Shown one piece after another: positions 46,470-58,324 of a stretch of DNA of 64,000 nt; positions within the stretch are counted from its first letter, which is position 1, and the number at the start of each line of letters is the position of its first letter. Source of the stretch: Lama guanicoe (lineage: Eukaryota); contig MU054220.1 in the NCBI GenBank assembly GCA_013239625.1, positions 3,225,374 to 3,289,373 on the forward strand, in the 5' to 3' direction. Both the position numbers and the translations under genes were made by a program. Below the pieces are notes generated by a model, which did not search any database, had not been told where the DNA came from, and saw only the letters and a program-made list of their open reading frames with translations.

Positions 46470-48350
46470 AATGTGAACAAAACTCAAGAGTCCGCCAGCC
46501 CTGGGTGGCAACCTGGCTCCACCATCACTCCTCGCTGTGTGATCTCAGGCAAGGCTCTCTGTCTCTGAGCCTCATTTCCTCCACTGTTAATGAGGCTGCA
46601 GTGGCCTGACCCTCTCAGGCTGCCGTGAAGTTGAAGTGAGAGACAATAGGTCAAGAGCCCGACGCAGAATCTGCCTGGCGCTGGTGGTGACCGCTAAGTA
46701 TTTGGTCCCGACCACCCTCCATCTTCCCTTGTTGCTCCCACTTCTCTGGTGAACACCTACTTGTTTTTGCGTGGCAAAGCCTTCGAAAAGTTTTCCCTGG
46801 ATCCCCTTAACCCTGACCCCAAAGAGAACGAATCACTTCCTCCTTTTATTTCCCATAGTCCTTTGAAACATCTCAGTGATGTCCCAGGTCACAGTGCCGT
46901 ATGCATGTGTGTCTCTCAGGGTGGGGGTTCTTGTATCTAAGAGTTGTGTCTTATTCATCCTTTTGTTTTCAGGGCCCAGCACACAGTGGCGGTCTGTGCC
47001 TTTGTTTGGTGAATGAATGACCGAATGCCTGGCCTTCCCAGAAGGCACACCCTTCATTTTTCTAGGACCCTTCTTTCGCATCCTAATTGCCCCAGATGAG
47101 GAGTGGAGTAAAACAGAGAGCAGGCTTTTGTCCTTTTGTTTAGACACATGATCCCACGTCATGATGTCTGCTCTAGGGGAAAATGCCAGCAGCTGCGGCA
47201 GCCCCATCAGCCGTCCCTCTCTAATGAGGGCTGTACATCCTGAAGGAAGGAGAGGCATGCTCTTCCTGCAGGGTCATTGCGCATTAAAAATTAAGGCATC
47301 AAGCAGAAAGCCTAGCTCAGCACCCATGAGATAAATATCTGTTTCTTGTTTGCATAGAGGGAGCATCCTGGCTCCTGTCTCCCTGGTTGGACCAGAGATA
47401 GAGGGACCAAGGAGGCTGGCCTCAGACAGGCAGGCCCCATCCTCTGGCTCAGCAGAAAATATTTGCAACTGAGGCTTTAGGGCAGGACAGATCCGGGTTC
47501 AAATCCTAGCTCTGTCACTTGTGGTTCTGCAACCCTGGGCCAGTTTCACATTTTGGAACCTCCATTTGTTCATCAGTAAAATGGGGATAAAGATAATTCT
47601 CTGGAAAGACCGTTGTGAGGATTAGATAAGGTAACATAGCTACCTGGTTCCTCTGCTGCTCGAAAACCATCTGAGTCTCAGATCTGTGACATTGCTCTAG
47701 CAGATGAGTTATTCCATAAAGAAAATATTTGAACTTAAGTGCCTTCCTGGACCCTTAATGAAGATTATCAGAGTCTCAGAAATAACAACAAAGGTGCCAG
47801 GCAACTGCTAGTTCCACTCACTGGGCAGTAAACATCAATGCTAATAATACTGGAGCTAACAGATGAGCATTTAACACGTGTCAGTGACTGCTCTATGCAT
47901 TGGACACACATTCATTCATTTAATCTCAACAACAACACTGTGAGGCTGATGCTGTTATTTCCCCCATTTTACAGATGAAGAAACTGAGGCCCAGAGAGAT
48001 TGAGTGACAGGCATAGATATATAGCCAGATAGCAGCAGAGCCTGGGTTTAAACTCAAGTGGTTTCATGTCACAGGTGTGCTCTGAACTTCAAGGCCATCC
48101 TGCTTTACCAACATGATGGCATTTACAGCGCTAAGTGCTCTGTAGCAAATGACCACAGAATACCCGGTGCTCACAAAGCACTTACCAAGTGGAGCACACC
48201 TTGCTGAGGCCTTTCTTTGAATGGTGACAATAGTCTTAGGAGGCCCGGACCATTATTTGGATCTTCTTGATGAGGAAACTGAGATACAGAGAAAGCGGGG
48301 TCTCTTCCAAGGTGACTCAAAGAATAGGTAGTGGAGTTGAGATCTGAAAT
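46470..48350. mobile_element. MIR/L2 cluster (MIR+ 46470-46710, L2+ 46720-47020, MIR+ 47480-47640, MIR- 47850-48100, MIR- 48170-48350) around a unique island
   Basis: MIR cores (cccccattttacagatgaagaaactgaggcccagaga) and an L2 tail (tttggtgaatgaatga). Confidence 0.75.
47060..47470. promoter_or_regulatory. Candidate conserved enhancer island
   Basis: CTAATTG, CAGCTG, CTAATGA, CATTAAAAATTAA, AGATAA, TTTGCAT. Confidence 0.3.
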
Positions 48351-48619
48351 TCAGCAGGAACCAGACTTAACCTGCACCCAGTTTATTACAAGTGGAGGAT
48401 GGTACAGGCACATGAGTATTTGAAACTGCTCAAGCTTCAGTCCTCGGATGTCAGTTATTACTCGACAGTATAACTCAATTCCAGGAAGCTGAGCAGTGCA
48501 GCGGCCCCGACCGCACAGCCCTCCCCTGCATCCCCAGCGGCCCCTCGAGGCGGGGCTCCTCCTGCCCCGCCCCTCAGCATCACACCCTCCCTTCCCCTGA
48601 CCAGAGGGTCTCCCTGGGG

Positions 48620-49092
48620 CAGGACTTAGCCACCTGGCTCCACTGGCCTCCAGCAGAGCCTTTGGAGAGAATTCAGGGAGTCAGAGAACATGGCAGGGAA
48701 AATTCCATCTCTGTGTTCACTGATCTTGACTGAAATCAGGCATTTCCTTTAGTTGTATGTTACCAACAGAAATAACCGATAAATTCTTATCACATTACGT
48801 AGTTCCAATGCCTTGAAAACGGTTTAAACCTATCATCACTTCAAAATTATGGTGCTTATTAGACCTGCCATTACATCGTATTATTTAATGCCTTAATAAA
48901 GAAGCATATATATTGCTAAATTATAAATTTCTATTTTTAATATTTTGCTATTTTAAATATAGTTAGTACACTTTCTAATCCTATGTATTTTTATTGTGTG
49001 CCTTGAAAAACAATATTCCCAGAAGCAGTCTTTAGGCTTTATCTGACTTCCAGAGTACTCCCTGGTTCATGAAATGCTTATAGCAATCCTTT
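48620..49092. mobile_element. MER113-like hAT-Charlie element
   Basis: cacttcaaaattatggtgcttattagacctgcc...tatttaatgccttaataaagaagcatatatatt...taatcctatgtatttt. Confidence 0.8.
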
Positions 49093-49094
49093 GA

Positions 49095-50190
49095 GATAGG
49101 ACTCTATCATTGTCTCTAATAATTCCTGTTATATAGAAAATTCAAGCACAGAGAGGTCAAGAAAACTGCCCAAGGATGCACAGCTAGTAGGTGAAGAGCA
49201 AGGATGGAATCCAAGGCATTCTCGGCCACAGCCTGCCCTCTTGGCCAGCATGCTGGGTCAGGTCCCCTTGGCCCCCTTGCAGGCCTCCAGACCATCGCTC
49301 CATCTGGCACTTTCCTCACTGGGATGTAATTGTTGCTTTACCTCTCAGCAATCCCCGAGGGACCCTGAGAACCTTGAGGGCTGGGACTGCTTTTATTTAT
49401 CTCTGAATCCCTGGAAACTAACTCAGCGCTGAGCACAGAAAATGTTCCAAAGAAAAGTTTTTGACTCAATATGTCTCCTACCCATAATGTCTCCTATATA
49501 GTTGGTGCAAAGATCCTTTTTTCCTGACAGAATTTTTACAGCATTAAAAAAAAAAACCCAAAGCAAATAATTTGTCCACATTTTATAATGGCATTAGTAC
49601 AAAGTCATACATTTTTATAGCACTTTTGATGTTGCCAAGAATTTTTATATCCCGTTGACTTGAACCTCAAGTATAAATTAACCCAGACAGGAATGAGGCA
49701 TTTAGTTTTACAGGGGAGTAAACGGAGGCTCCAGGCGGTTGGTCCCAGGCAGCAGGGCTGAAGGGCAGAGGGTGTGGAGGCCGGCAGTGGCCTGGGTTCA
49801 AGCCCAGCTCTGCCACCCTCAGCTGACCTTGTGCAAGAGCCTCAAATCTCTGAACCCAGAGGTTTCACCCACAGATGGGGAAGGTAAGAGCCACCTTAGG
49901 GAGCTGTTGTTGCGATTCCAGGAGAGGATGCGCATGGTTTAGAATGAGTTTCTGGTGCATTGTAAGGATACGGTAAACTGCAGCTCTCCTCCAGCATCAG
50001 TGGAAGACGGTCCAGTGTTGGTGTTATCACAAGGCTGATGCTCTGGAGACAGCAGGCTGCAGTGGCATTAAAATTGGATTCTGGTTCGACTCAGCCACAT
50101 GCCTGGAACAAGACTCTAGACTTCTCTGGAATTTGGTTTCCTGATCTGCAAAATGAGGAGGCAGGGTGCAGGGGCTCAAAATTCCTTCTT
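49095..50190. mobile_element. MIR/L2 fragment cluster
   Basis: MIR- 49095-49230, L2+ 49290-49470, MIR- 49610-49740, MIR+ 49750-49990, MIR+ 50060-50190. Confidence 0.65.
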
Positions 50191-50879
50191 CAGGTGTGTG
50201 GAACATAGTAGAAAGTCCAGTTTAGAGACAGGGGGGGACCCCCTCACCCTGAGCCCCGAGGAGCTCTTGGGGCACAGCTTGAAGACAGTTGGAGCAACTG
50301 GTTTAGCCAGAGGTCCGCACCAGAGAGAATGGGGGCCAGATCAGACCTGTAGACTTGTCTCCTTTGGGGGGTGTGTGTGGTGTCTTTGCGGGCAGTGGGA
50401 GCAGTTAGTGGATTTCAGTGTCTTTAGATGGGGTGCCACTCCTGAAGGTAACCGAGTTTGATCCTGTTCAAGGTTCTCCCACCCAACTCTTGGAGTGTGT
50501 AATTGTTTAAGAACAGTCCGGATCTCCCCCACCCATCCTCTACAACATCCCTCCCCCAGCCCAGATCTAGTCCCTTCTTCCCTTCCAATCTCTTATGATT
50601 ATGAGCGCTTTAAGTTTTCCATTAGCAGAACATTGGTGCAAAGGGCTGGCTGCCCAGGGCCTCTCTGCCAAGGGCCTCTCCTGGGAGCTGAGCCTTGATC
50701 AGAACTGGTGGAAGCCCCTTCTATAGCTGCATCCGTGAGCCCCCATATCAACAGTCTTTTATATCGTTGAACTGTGCCAGGAGGCTAGAAGTGTGAAATA
50801 GGGCATTGGCCAGAGGGCAGGGGTGGTCAGCCCAGGCCATCACGGTACCGGGGATAACCTACCGAGCAGATCTTCTTCC

Positions 50880-51070
50880 CCAAACGACTTTCCTCATGTA
50901 AAATTGTCTTCTATTATTGCTGGAAAACAGGTTTTTAAAAGAGGTTAACATGCGATTTAATGAATATGGAGTAATAATGTTCCTTGTATCAAATTAAAAT
51001 TCTAAGGCGGCCACATGAAACAAGTGCATGATGAGCATCCAACACTATGTATCATTATTATTGGGCTGCT
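50880..51070. promoter_or_regulatory. Candidate conserved enhancer island
   Basis: AT-rich unique sequence with TTTAATGA, GTAATAATG, AAATTAAA and CATTATTA. Confidence 0.35.
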
Positions 51071-51289
51071 TGGTTGCCCTGCGTCCTTGGGAACAGGGAA
51101 AACAGCTCCAAGTCCTGCGTTTGAATTGGCAAGCATCACCCTCCGAGTAAGAATCTGGGGAGACTGGCAGCAGGCTCACCCGGCTAAGGGAGGTCCTGGG
51201 ATATTAAGAAATAACTTGATGATCAAGCAGGGATAATGGAACAGACAACAGCACTGGTTTCGTGGGAGCAGCGTGTGGGTATGTGTGAA

Positions 51290-51900
51290 GTTGGATTCTA
51301 ATGGCTCTATCCCTATGCTGTGTGACTTTAGGCAAGTCACTTCACCTTTCTGAACCTCCATTTCTCCACACTGTTGTTTAGTCTGGGTAAAGGACTGTTA
51401 TGAGGGAAGGGCCACTGTGTTGTAGAGCTGGTATGAGGATAAATTAGGGTTACAGATGTGAAAGCACTTTGTAAACTCTACTGGGCTATTGAGTTCTGGG
51501 GATTGACGCTAACTAAACAGTCTTAATGTTGATTTCTTCCCTATTCCCACCCCCTCCTCCCCACTTCTGAAGCCCGGCTGCCGTCTATAATGTTTAATAA
51601 TAGTAAGCCCCATTTATTTAGTGCTTACTAAGAGCCAGGTATTATTTCACTGAGTTCCACTGTAACTTTATGTGGTATTATTATTAACTCCATTTTATAG
51701 ACTAGGAAACAGAGGCTCAAAATGGCTCATAAGCTGCCCAAGTTCACAGGGCCAGTAAGTGGCAGAGATTTAAATCCAAGTCTTTCTAACTCTAAAGCCT
51801 TTTAGTTCCTAGGCTGTATCTGCCTCTAAAATATGCCCGACAAGCTGCTTCCAAACTGTGTTTGAACACCTCCAGGGACAAGGGGCTCATTACCACCCCC
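51290..51900. mobile_element. MIR+ (51290-51480), MIR- (51600-51800) and L3/CR1 3' fragment (-, 51810-51900)
   Basis: MIR cores; tttgaacacctccagggacaaggggctcattacc resembles the antisense L3 3' UTR. Confidence 0.65.
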
Positions 51901-52059
51901 GTTCCTCTCCTCACAATGAGTGCTCTCCCCTGACACATAAAGCATTATTACGGTGATATTATTATCTGTAAAACAGAGTGATTGGAGTAGATGCTTAAGC
52001 TCTGTTCCAGAAACATCACTTGAAGAGCACGTGCATTTCCAGACAAATCCAGCCGGGCT

Positions 52060-52560
52060 ACAGAAGAAAGGATTAAAAATTTCTGTATGAAAATGAAACA
52101 CAGCGAGTAAGAGGTGTATGTGAATGGGGGCAATTAATCCTCTTCTGCCGATCGCTGTAAAAAAACATTTGCTGGAAAGGAGGCATTTATTCCCCGCAGA
52201 CACATGGTGTGATTTTGAAATATCTCCACAGAAGGCAAGATGACTGAGAAAATACAAATCTATTAAATGTGCAGGGCCAAAGAAAAAGGGGCTTCCGTAA
52301 AAGAATTTCTAAACCATATCAAAGGCTTCTGAGGTCAGGGAGGGCTGTCGGAACACTACCAATTAGAGCTAAATGGGAAACCGGCTTAAATCTCAAAATT
52401 AAAGATGAAGAGCCGCAATTAACCTGTCTACTAACAGAAAACATAGCCCTTAATGCTCAGTGTAATTTAATATTTCAAAATTACGGCCACAAGCATCTAA
52501 GGCTCCTGTTCGACAATATAAAATGGACAATAAATGTCTCAGTGGGGCTTTGGATAACAC
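52060..52560. promoter_or_regulatory. Candidate conserved enhancer (long unique AT-rich island)
   Basis: GGATTA 52070, CAATTAATCC 52131-52140, ATCAAAG (TCF/LEF) 52318-52324, CAATTA 52360 and 52416. Confidence 0.5.
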
Positions 52561-53449
52561 GGGTGAGATGGGGTAGGAATAATGCCAGTCCAGGGTGACT
52601 CTGAAGTCACAATGGCACAGACACAGTTAGAACTCACCCCAGGACACGAGTCCACGAGGCTCAGTTCTGTTTTCCAAAGCCCTCCTCTCTGGCCAGCAGG
52701 AACCATATGATTTGTGTTTCGTGGGCTTTAATAGGGTGGATTATGCTGATGTGCGTGCACACACGTCACGCACAGCCACCACGCTCAGAGGGTCCACAGA
52801 CTGTGCCAGTGGATTTCCCTAAAGCAATGCTCTCAGCCTTGGAGAGCTTTGAGAACGCCTCACCCCTGAGCCTTCACAGAGACCAGCAGGCTGGGGCATC
52901 AGGTGTTTCTAAGGCTCCCGGTTAATTTCTGTTGGCACCCAGGGTTGAGATCTGTTGCTCTGAAAGATTGTGGGCCCAACAAAGAAGAGAAAGTGGGTGC
53001 TTGGAACACAGGCAAGGCTTGATTAGACTCGAATCAACAGGATGGTCCCGGGTGGGCTGATCCTGAGCTGTGCAGATGAGAGAATGGGTCCGTGGAAAAT
53101 TTTCCAATTGACAGGCAGGAATCGGGAGCTGAAGAGAGCAACCACATAGAGTTCAGTCTCTGACAAAGTCTCAGAGTATAAAACCCATGGCGGAGAATCT
53201 GGGTTTCCTTGTTGCCAGTGGATATTTGTGGCCACTCTAAATGTGTGAGGCCTTGGCGGGTGGCCGGCCTTCCACAAGAAGGATGATGCTGAAACGCCCA
53301 CCAGAGCTCCCCAAGTCCTGGGGCCTGGCCCCCAACCAGCTTCCCCTTCCTTCTCCATAATGCTTCTCTTGTTGCCTGGGTGACAGCGTGGGGTGCTGGG
53401 AAGGTCACCAGCTCAGCAGACAGATGGACTCAACGCCCAGAGACACCAT

Positions 53450-55410
53450 TTAGTAGTGATCTCAGTCAAGGAGTTCTGCTCTCTGGGCTTACTCAGTTTC
53501 CTCGTTTATAAAATAAATAATAATAGGACTCACAGGAATGGTGTGAAGAGTGCATGAGATCAGCCATGTGAGCCCCCAGTGTGGCACTTGGCACGCTTAG
53601 CCACCGACATGTGAGGCACCGTGTATCACCCATTCATGGACCTGCTTGTAGCATCAACCATGGGTGTGTCCTTCTGTGTACCAGTGCCTGCTTCCTGCCA
53701 CCGTGCTTTTGCCCAGCCAGTTCCCTCCTCCTGGAACACCTTTCCTCCTCATCCCTTCCTGTCCAATCCTACATATTTTGCCCTCATGCTGGGTTAGGCT
53801 CTAGACCTATCACCTCTTTCTCTTTTTGCACCGTCCTCATCCCAGAATTTAGGTTTTAGAATTTAGAACAGTGGGACTGTTCTCTCCTCTCACCATTTAC
53901 CTTATTGGTATTCTGGGACCCTACTCTGCAGGGACCATCATCTGCCTGATTCACACCATCACTCACATTTGCTGAGAATTCCCAGAGGATGATGTCTGTG
54001 ATGTTTCATCCCCCGGAGGACAGTGTGGAGTCCCAGGAAAAGCATAGGCTTTGGCACGTAGTCCTCTCTGCAAGCCTATGAGTTAGGCCCTCTGACTATC
54101 CCCACATTACAGATGAGGAAACTGAGGCAGAGGTTAAGTCACTCGCCTTAAGTCAAATAGCTAATTCAGAGGTGGGACGCATGCCCAGCAGGCTGGCTCC
54201 AGAGTCCTGGCTCTTAACCATTAGGGGATACTTCCTTACAGAGTGAAGTCTCCCTGCAGATGAGAATAAACAGGAGGGAGAAATGGAGGACCAAGGAGAG
54301 TCGGGGATGGAGACACTGTGAGCTCCAGCTGGAGCAGGGAGGCCTGTCACCAGCATCAGGGGGCCTCAAGGAAGCCACATGAGCACTGTCTGTGTGACCC
54401 CCCCCAGGGGATGGGGTCAGAGGTCACTGGTCAAGCATCAGTTTGGAGTGACACCCATTGGTGCCTGGAGACCACCTAGAGGCCACCACCTAGAGACCAC
54501 CCACTGGTGCCTCCAATGCACCCCAAGGGGCAACTCCAAGTCCAACAGTCTACAACATTTGTAAACCCTTCCTTCCAACAGGAGGGGTCCCTGGGCATCT
54601 AGAGTGATGAGGGTGGTGACATGAAGGGGAAGACCACTCCCTGACCAAGGTCAGCCGTGAAAGAAGAATGACCCAACACGGCAGCTCCCGTCCGGCTAAG
54701 CAGCCTTGGGACACAAGCAGTGACACTCCATGTGGTCAGTGATTCTCTGGGCTGGAGCTTTGCTAAAACACCTCAGCCCTCCTCCTCCCTTTGTTCTTAT
54801 GGCCGGGCTCCAATGGCCTCCTCCGACCCCCTGGCAGTGTTCCTCTGGCGCACAGCCCTCCACACACATCTCTTTAACAGCACTGTCCTCGCTGCATTAC
54901 ACTTATTTCTAAGGGTCTGTTTTCCACTCTGGACTGTGCTCTTCCTGAGGACGGGGTCTGCTCTTACTCATCCCTGCCTCCCTGTGTCAGCCCAGTCGGT
55001 CCTCGATAAGCCATAGTTCGCTACATGGATGGTGCTCCTGGCTGGTCCGCTGAGTCAGCTGGTTCAGATCACCTGGGCCTGAGGGACACATGAATTCTGA
55101 GACCCGGCCCGGCCCCTTTGAGCCCCCTTCCCACTGTCTCCCCACCTCACTCAACAATAGGTTCTTCCACCCTGGCTCCACCACAGTGTTTAGTTGTGGG
55201 ACCACAGGTAACTCACTTAACTCCTCTGAGCCTCAGTTTCTCCATCTATAGAAGGGGGTGATCACACTTGCCTTACAGAGTCATTTGAGGATTACAATGA
55301 TTAATTAATTGCAATTAATTACAACTACAATTAATTACACTTGAGGATTACAATGATTACTTAATTAATTACAATGAGCCTTTTAGAAGGAGCTAGACTA
55401 GGCCCAGCAA
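53450..55410. mobile_element. MIR/L2 cluster (MIR+ 53450-53630, L2+ 53700-53990, MIR- 54070-54225, L2+ 54740-55020, MIR+ 55150-55410)
   Basis: MIR cores (acttaactcctctgagcctcagtttctccatctata) and L2 3' motifs (ctggactgtgctcttcctgaggacgggg). Confidence 0.7.
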
Positions 55411-56169
55411 CAGGAGACTCTGGGTGGCCACTGCTTCCTGGCTGGGGTCTTCCCTCCCAAATTGTCTGAAGCAAATGACTTCCACTTGGCCCTGCTGGTG
55501 TCCATCTCCCAGCTTCTAGGCTGTGCAGGCCCCCAGGCCCATCCTACAGGACCCCTCTCCCAGCCCCCTTCACTGTGAGTGACATGAGAACCAAACCAGG
55601 TCCCTTACCAGTGTCCCAGGACCCCTGCCACGGGACTCGTCAATTCCTCCACGAGGCCCCCTCTGCCCAGTGACGGCCCTTTGCCTCCTTACTGTCGCCG
55701 CCCTCAGGAAGGCTGGCATCTTGGAAAGGCATCCAGGGAGGGGGACACCTGGGTAGAATATAAAACTGGTGCTGGTTGTGGCCGGGTGCCCGCATCCTCC
55801 TCTGAACCCCAGTAAGCTGGTGAGGGGCCTCTGAGCCACAGCCCTGGGGGCTGAAACCACTCCTGTGCAGAAACAGGCAGCACAGACCAAACCAGAACAG
55901 GGACAGATTGGAAACTCAGAGTGGCTTTAGGCTCAGGAACCCAATGTTCAGAACAGAGCGTGGAGTAGGCTCTGTTACACGGAGCGGGAAGGGGAAAGAT
56001 TCATCTTTTTTCTTTTTTTCCCAAGCAAAACAGAAGGAGTTTTTCCCAGGGCTTGGCCTCCTCAGCAATTAATGGAGGGTCTGCTTCTACCATCTGTAAC
56101 CTTACCAAAAAAAAAAAAAAAATGGAATTCAATAAGGTGTTTTTTCGATTCCCAGGACAGCCCTTCGGG

Positions 56170-56340
56170 GTTTGTTTTCACGTTCACAGATCCCTTCTGT
56201 CCTCATGGCAACGCAGAGGTAGATGAATACAACTCTTCCTTGTTTTACAGATGACTAACTGGAGGCTCAGAGAGGCTAAGCGACTCATCCCTGGTGACTC
56301 AGCTAGTGAGTGCTGGGCTGGGATTTGAATCCATCTCACC
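56170..56340 (-). mobile_element. MIR
   Basis: gttttacagatgactaactggaggctcagagaggctaagcgactc...gctgggatttgaatcc. Confidence 0.85.
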
Positions 56341-56365
56341 ACCAATTAATAACTTTCCCATTGTG

Positions 56366-56400
56366 TTCTGGGGGTTCTGGGGGTTCTGGGGGAGGGGGGG
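56366..56400 (+). repeat. (TTCTGGGGG)x3 followed by A-G7; G-quadruplex motif
   Basis: Four G-runs of at least 5 with loops of 1-4 nt. Confidence 0.85.
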
Positions 56401-57519
56401 AGTTGCAGGGAAGAAGAGCAAGCAGGTTTCGGCTTCTTCTACTCTTCTTTCTTCCTCTTTTTCTTGTTTGCGAGCAATTGTTCGCACGGAGCCAAGCACG
56501 TGAATGGCTGTCGAGAGAGCAAGAAGCGTGGGATGGGAGGAGACGGGACATTCACACATGGGTTAATTTTTGTTCCTGTTACATAGTAGATATTTGTTCC
56601 TCTGACATATCAATTGGGCTTCCATGTAAGATTTCTGTTGAAGAAAGGGATCACCAGCTTAAAAATAATTGGAAACCAGTGCACCAAACCAAGTCAGGTC
56701 TGAGGCTTGTGCCTGCAGGATTGGTTCGTGATGAGGTGGTTTTCTGCACGATGGTGTAACAACAAAACTTACCAATCTAGAGACGGCTGCGTGGTGGAGG
56801 AGAATGCCAGCACAAGTGGGCTGGGGGCAGTGTCTCCTCACTGAATTTGAATTAAAAATCTTTAGCTACTAAAAACTGGGCGGAAGTCCCCGGGATATTG
56901 GCAAGACCTAAGCAGCCACCTCCCAGGACAGAGCTCTGGGGAAGGTTTGGTAGAATTTGGGCTCCAGCGCGTGGTCCTCCAGGCAGGTCAGCTCCTGGTC
57001 CCTTGCCAGTGTCTCTGAGCCCCTGGCTGGGCTAAGAGGCAGCGACTGGCACCAGCCAACACCCATCCTTTGAGCCCTGACCCTCAGGCAGTGGGTAATG
57101 GGGTTTCCCTCATCTAGGCAAAATACCTCAGACCCTTTGGGCACCTTGGGTCAGCCTAGGCAGATGATCTGGCAGGGCAGCTTAAGAAAGAGCTGGAAGT
57201 TTAAGGAATTCTCTGAAGTCACTCAGACATCTGCAGAGACTAAAACAGCAATTTCCTCTCGGTGGCTGCACATGGCGTTCCCAGCGGAACACGTGGCCCC
57301 CGGGTGCTTGTGGGCAGCCCCTGCCATTCCTGACCCTTCTGCTGCTGCTTGGTCTGCTCCCAGCCAGGCAGCCTGCCCAAGAGCTGATCATTCACATAGC
57401 AGCCAGGACCAGGGCCAGCGTCACCAAGATCGGTAAGATGTGGTCCACGTCCCTGAAGGGCAGGGGACATGCCAGGAACGTCTCTCCCACCAGCCAGTGG
57501 GTTCTGGAAGTAATGACTT

Positions 57520-57735
57520 TTGTAGTCTCTACAGTTTATGGAGAGCTTACTGTGTTCTAAGTGCTCTGCAGGCATTACTGCATTGAGTTATTATCAGCCA
57601 ATCAAAGGAGAGTCCTGTTTCTCACTCCATTTAGCAGATGCGGAGACTGAGGTGCGGAGAGGTTAACTCAAACAGTAAGCAAAAGAGTGGAGACTTGAAC
57701 CCAAGTCTGATACCCAACCTTCACTCTTGACTAAG
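57520..57735 (-). mobile_element. MIR
   Basis: ccatttagcagatgcggagactgagg...gacttgaacccaagtctga. Confidence 0.8.
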
Positions 57736-58324
57736 CCCTACTGTGCACACCCAGGATGTTTGGAGTGAGACCCCACCTCGACCAAGTCCATACACTCCGG
57801 CTCCTGCCTTAGTTTCTCTATACCAGATATTCTCAGCCGGGGCAAGATCAACAACAGAGGGCAACAATAGGTTGAGGTGGGTGGCAAAAAAATCTTACTT
57901 TTTATGTACAAAGCGTATTGGTAGGGTTAAAAGTCCCAGGTTCAATCACCAGTACTTCCATTTAAAAAAAAGTTAATGAAGAGCACAATTAAGAATAAGT
58001 GCCTGGAACATAGTAGGTGCTCAGTAAATGGTTATTTCCTTCCTTCACTGCCCACTGGAGCCAAATGTGAACTGGTTCCACTGGGAGCTTTTGTATATCG
58101 GCTCCAGTCTCTGCCTAGTCCCACCAAACTCCTCCCTTCCCCCTTTAGCCCTTGATGTAGAGGCCCTGGCATGCTCCTTGCCCGAGTCTACCCCCATTAG
58201 GACCCAAGTCCACCCCAACACCCCTGGTTCCTCCTCGGTGGCCCCAGCCCCGCAGAGTTCCCTGTTGGGACTTGTTACAGGTTAAACAGGTACAGGCTTA
58301 GCTCAGCTCAAATGAAACTTGAAC

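Noticed and set aside
38909..56125. Recurring A-tract followed by CCCAAA (38914, 42061, 49546) and TTACC followed by an A-tract (38909, 56102)
   Set aside because: No shared flanking homology, TSD or element body; consistent with independent mononucleotide runs.
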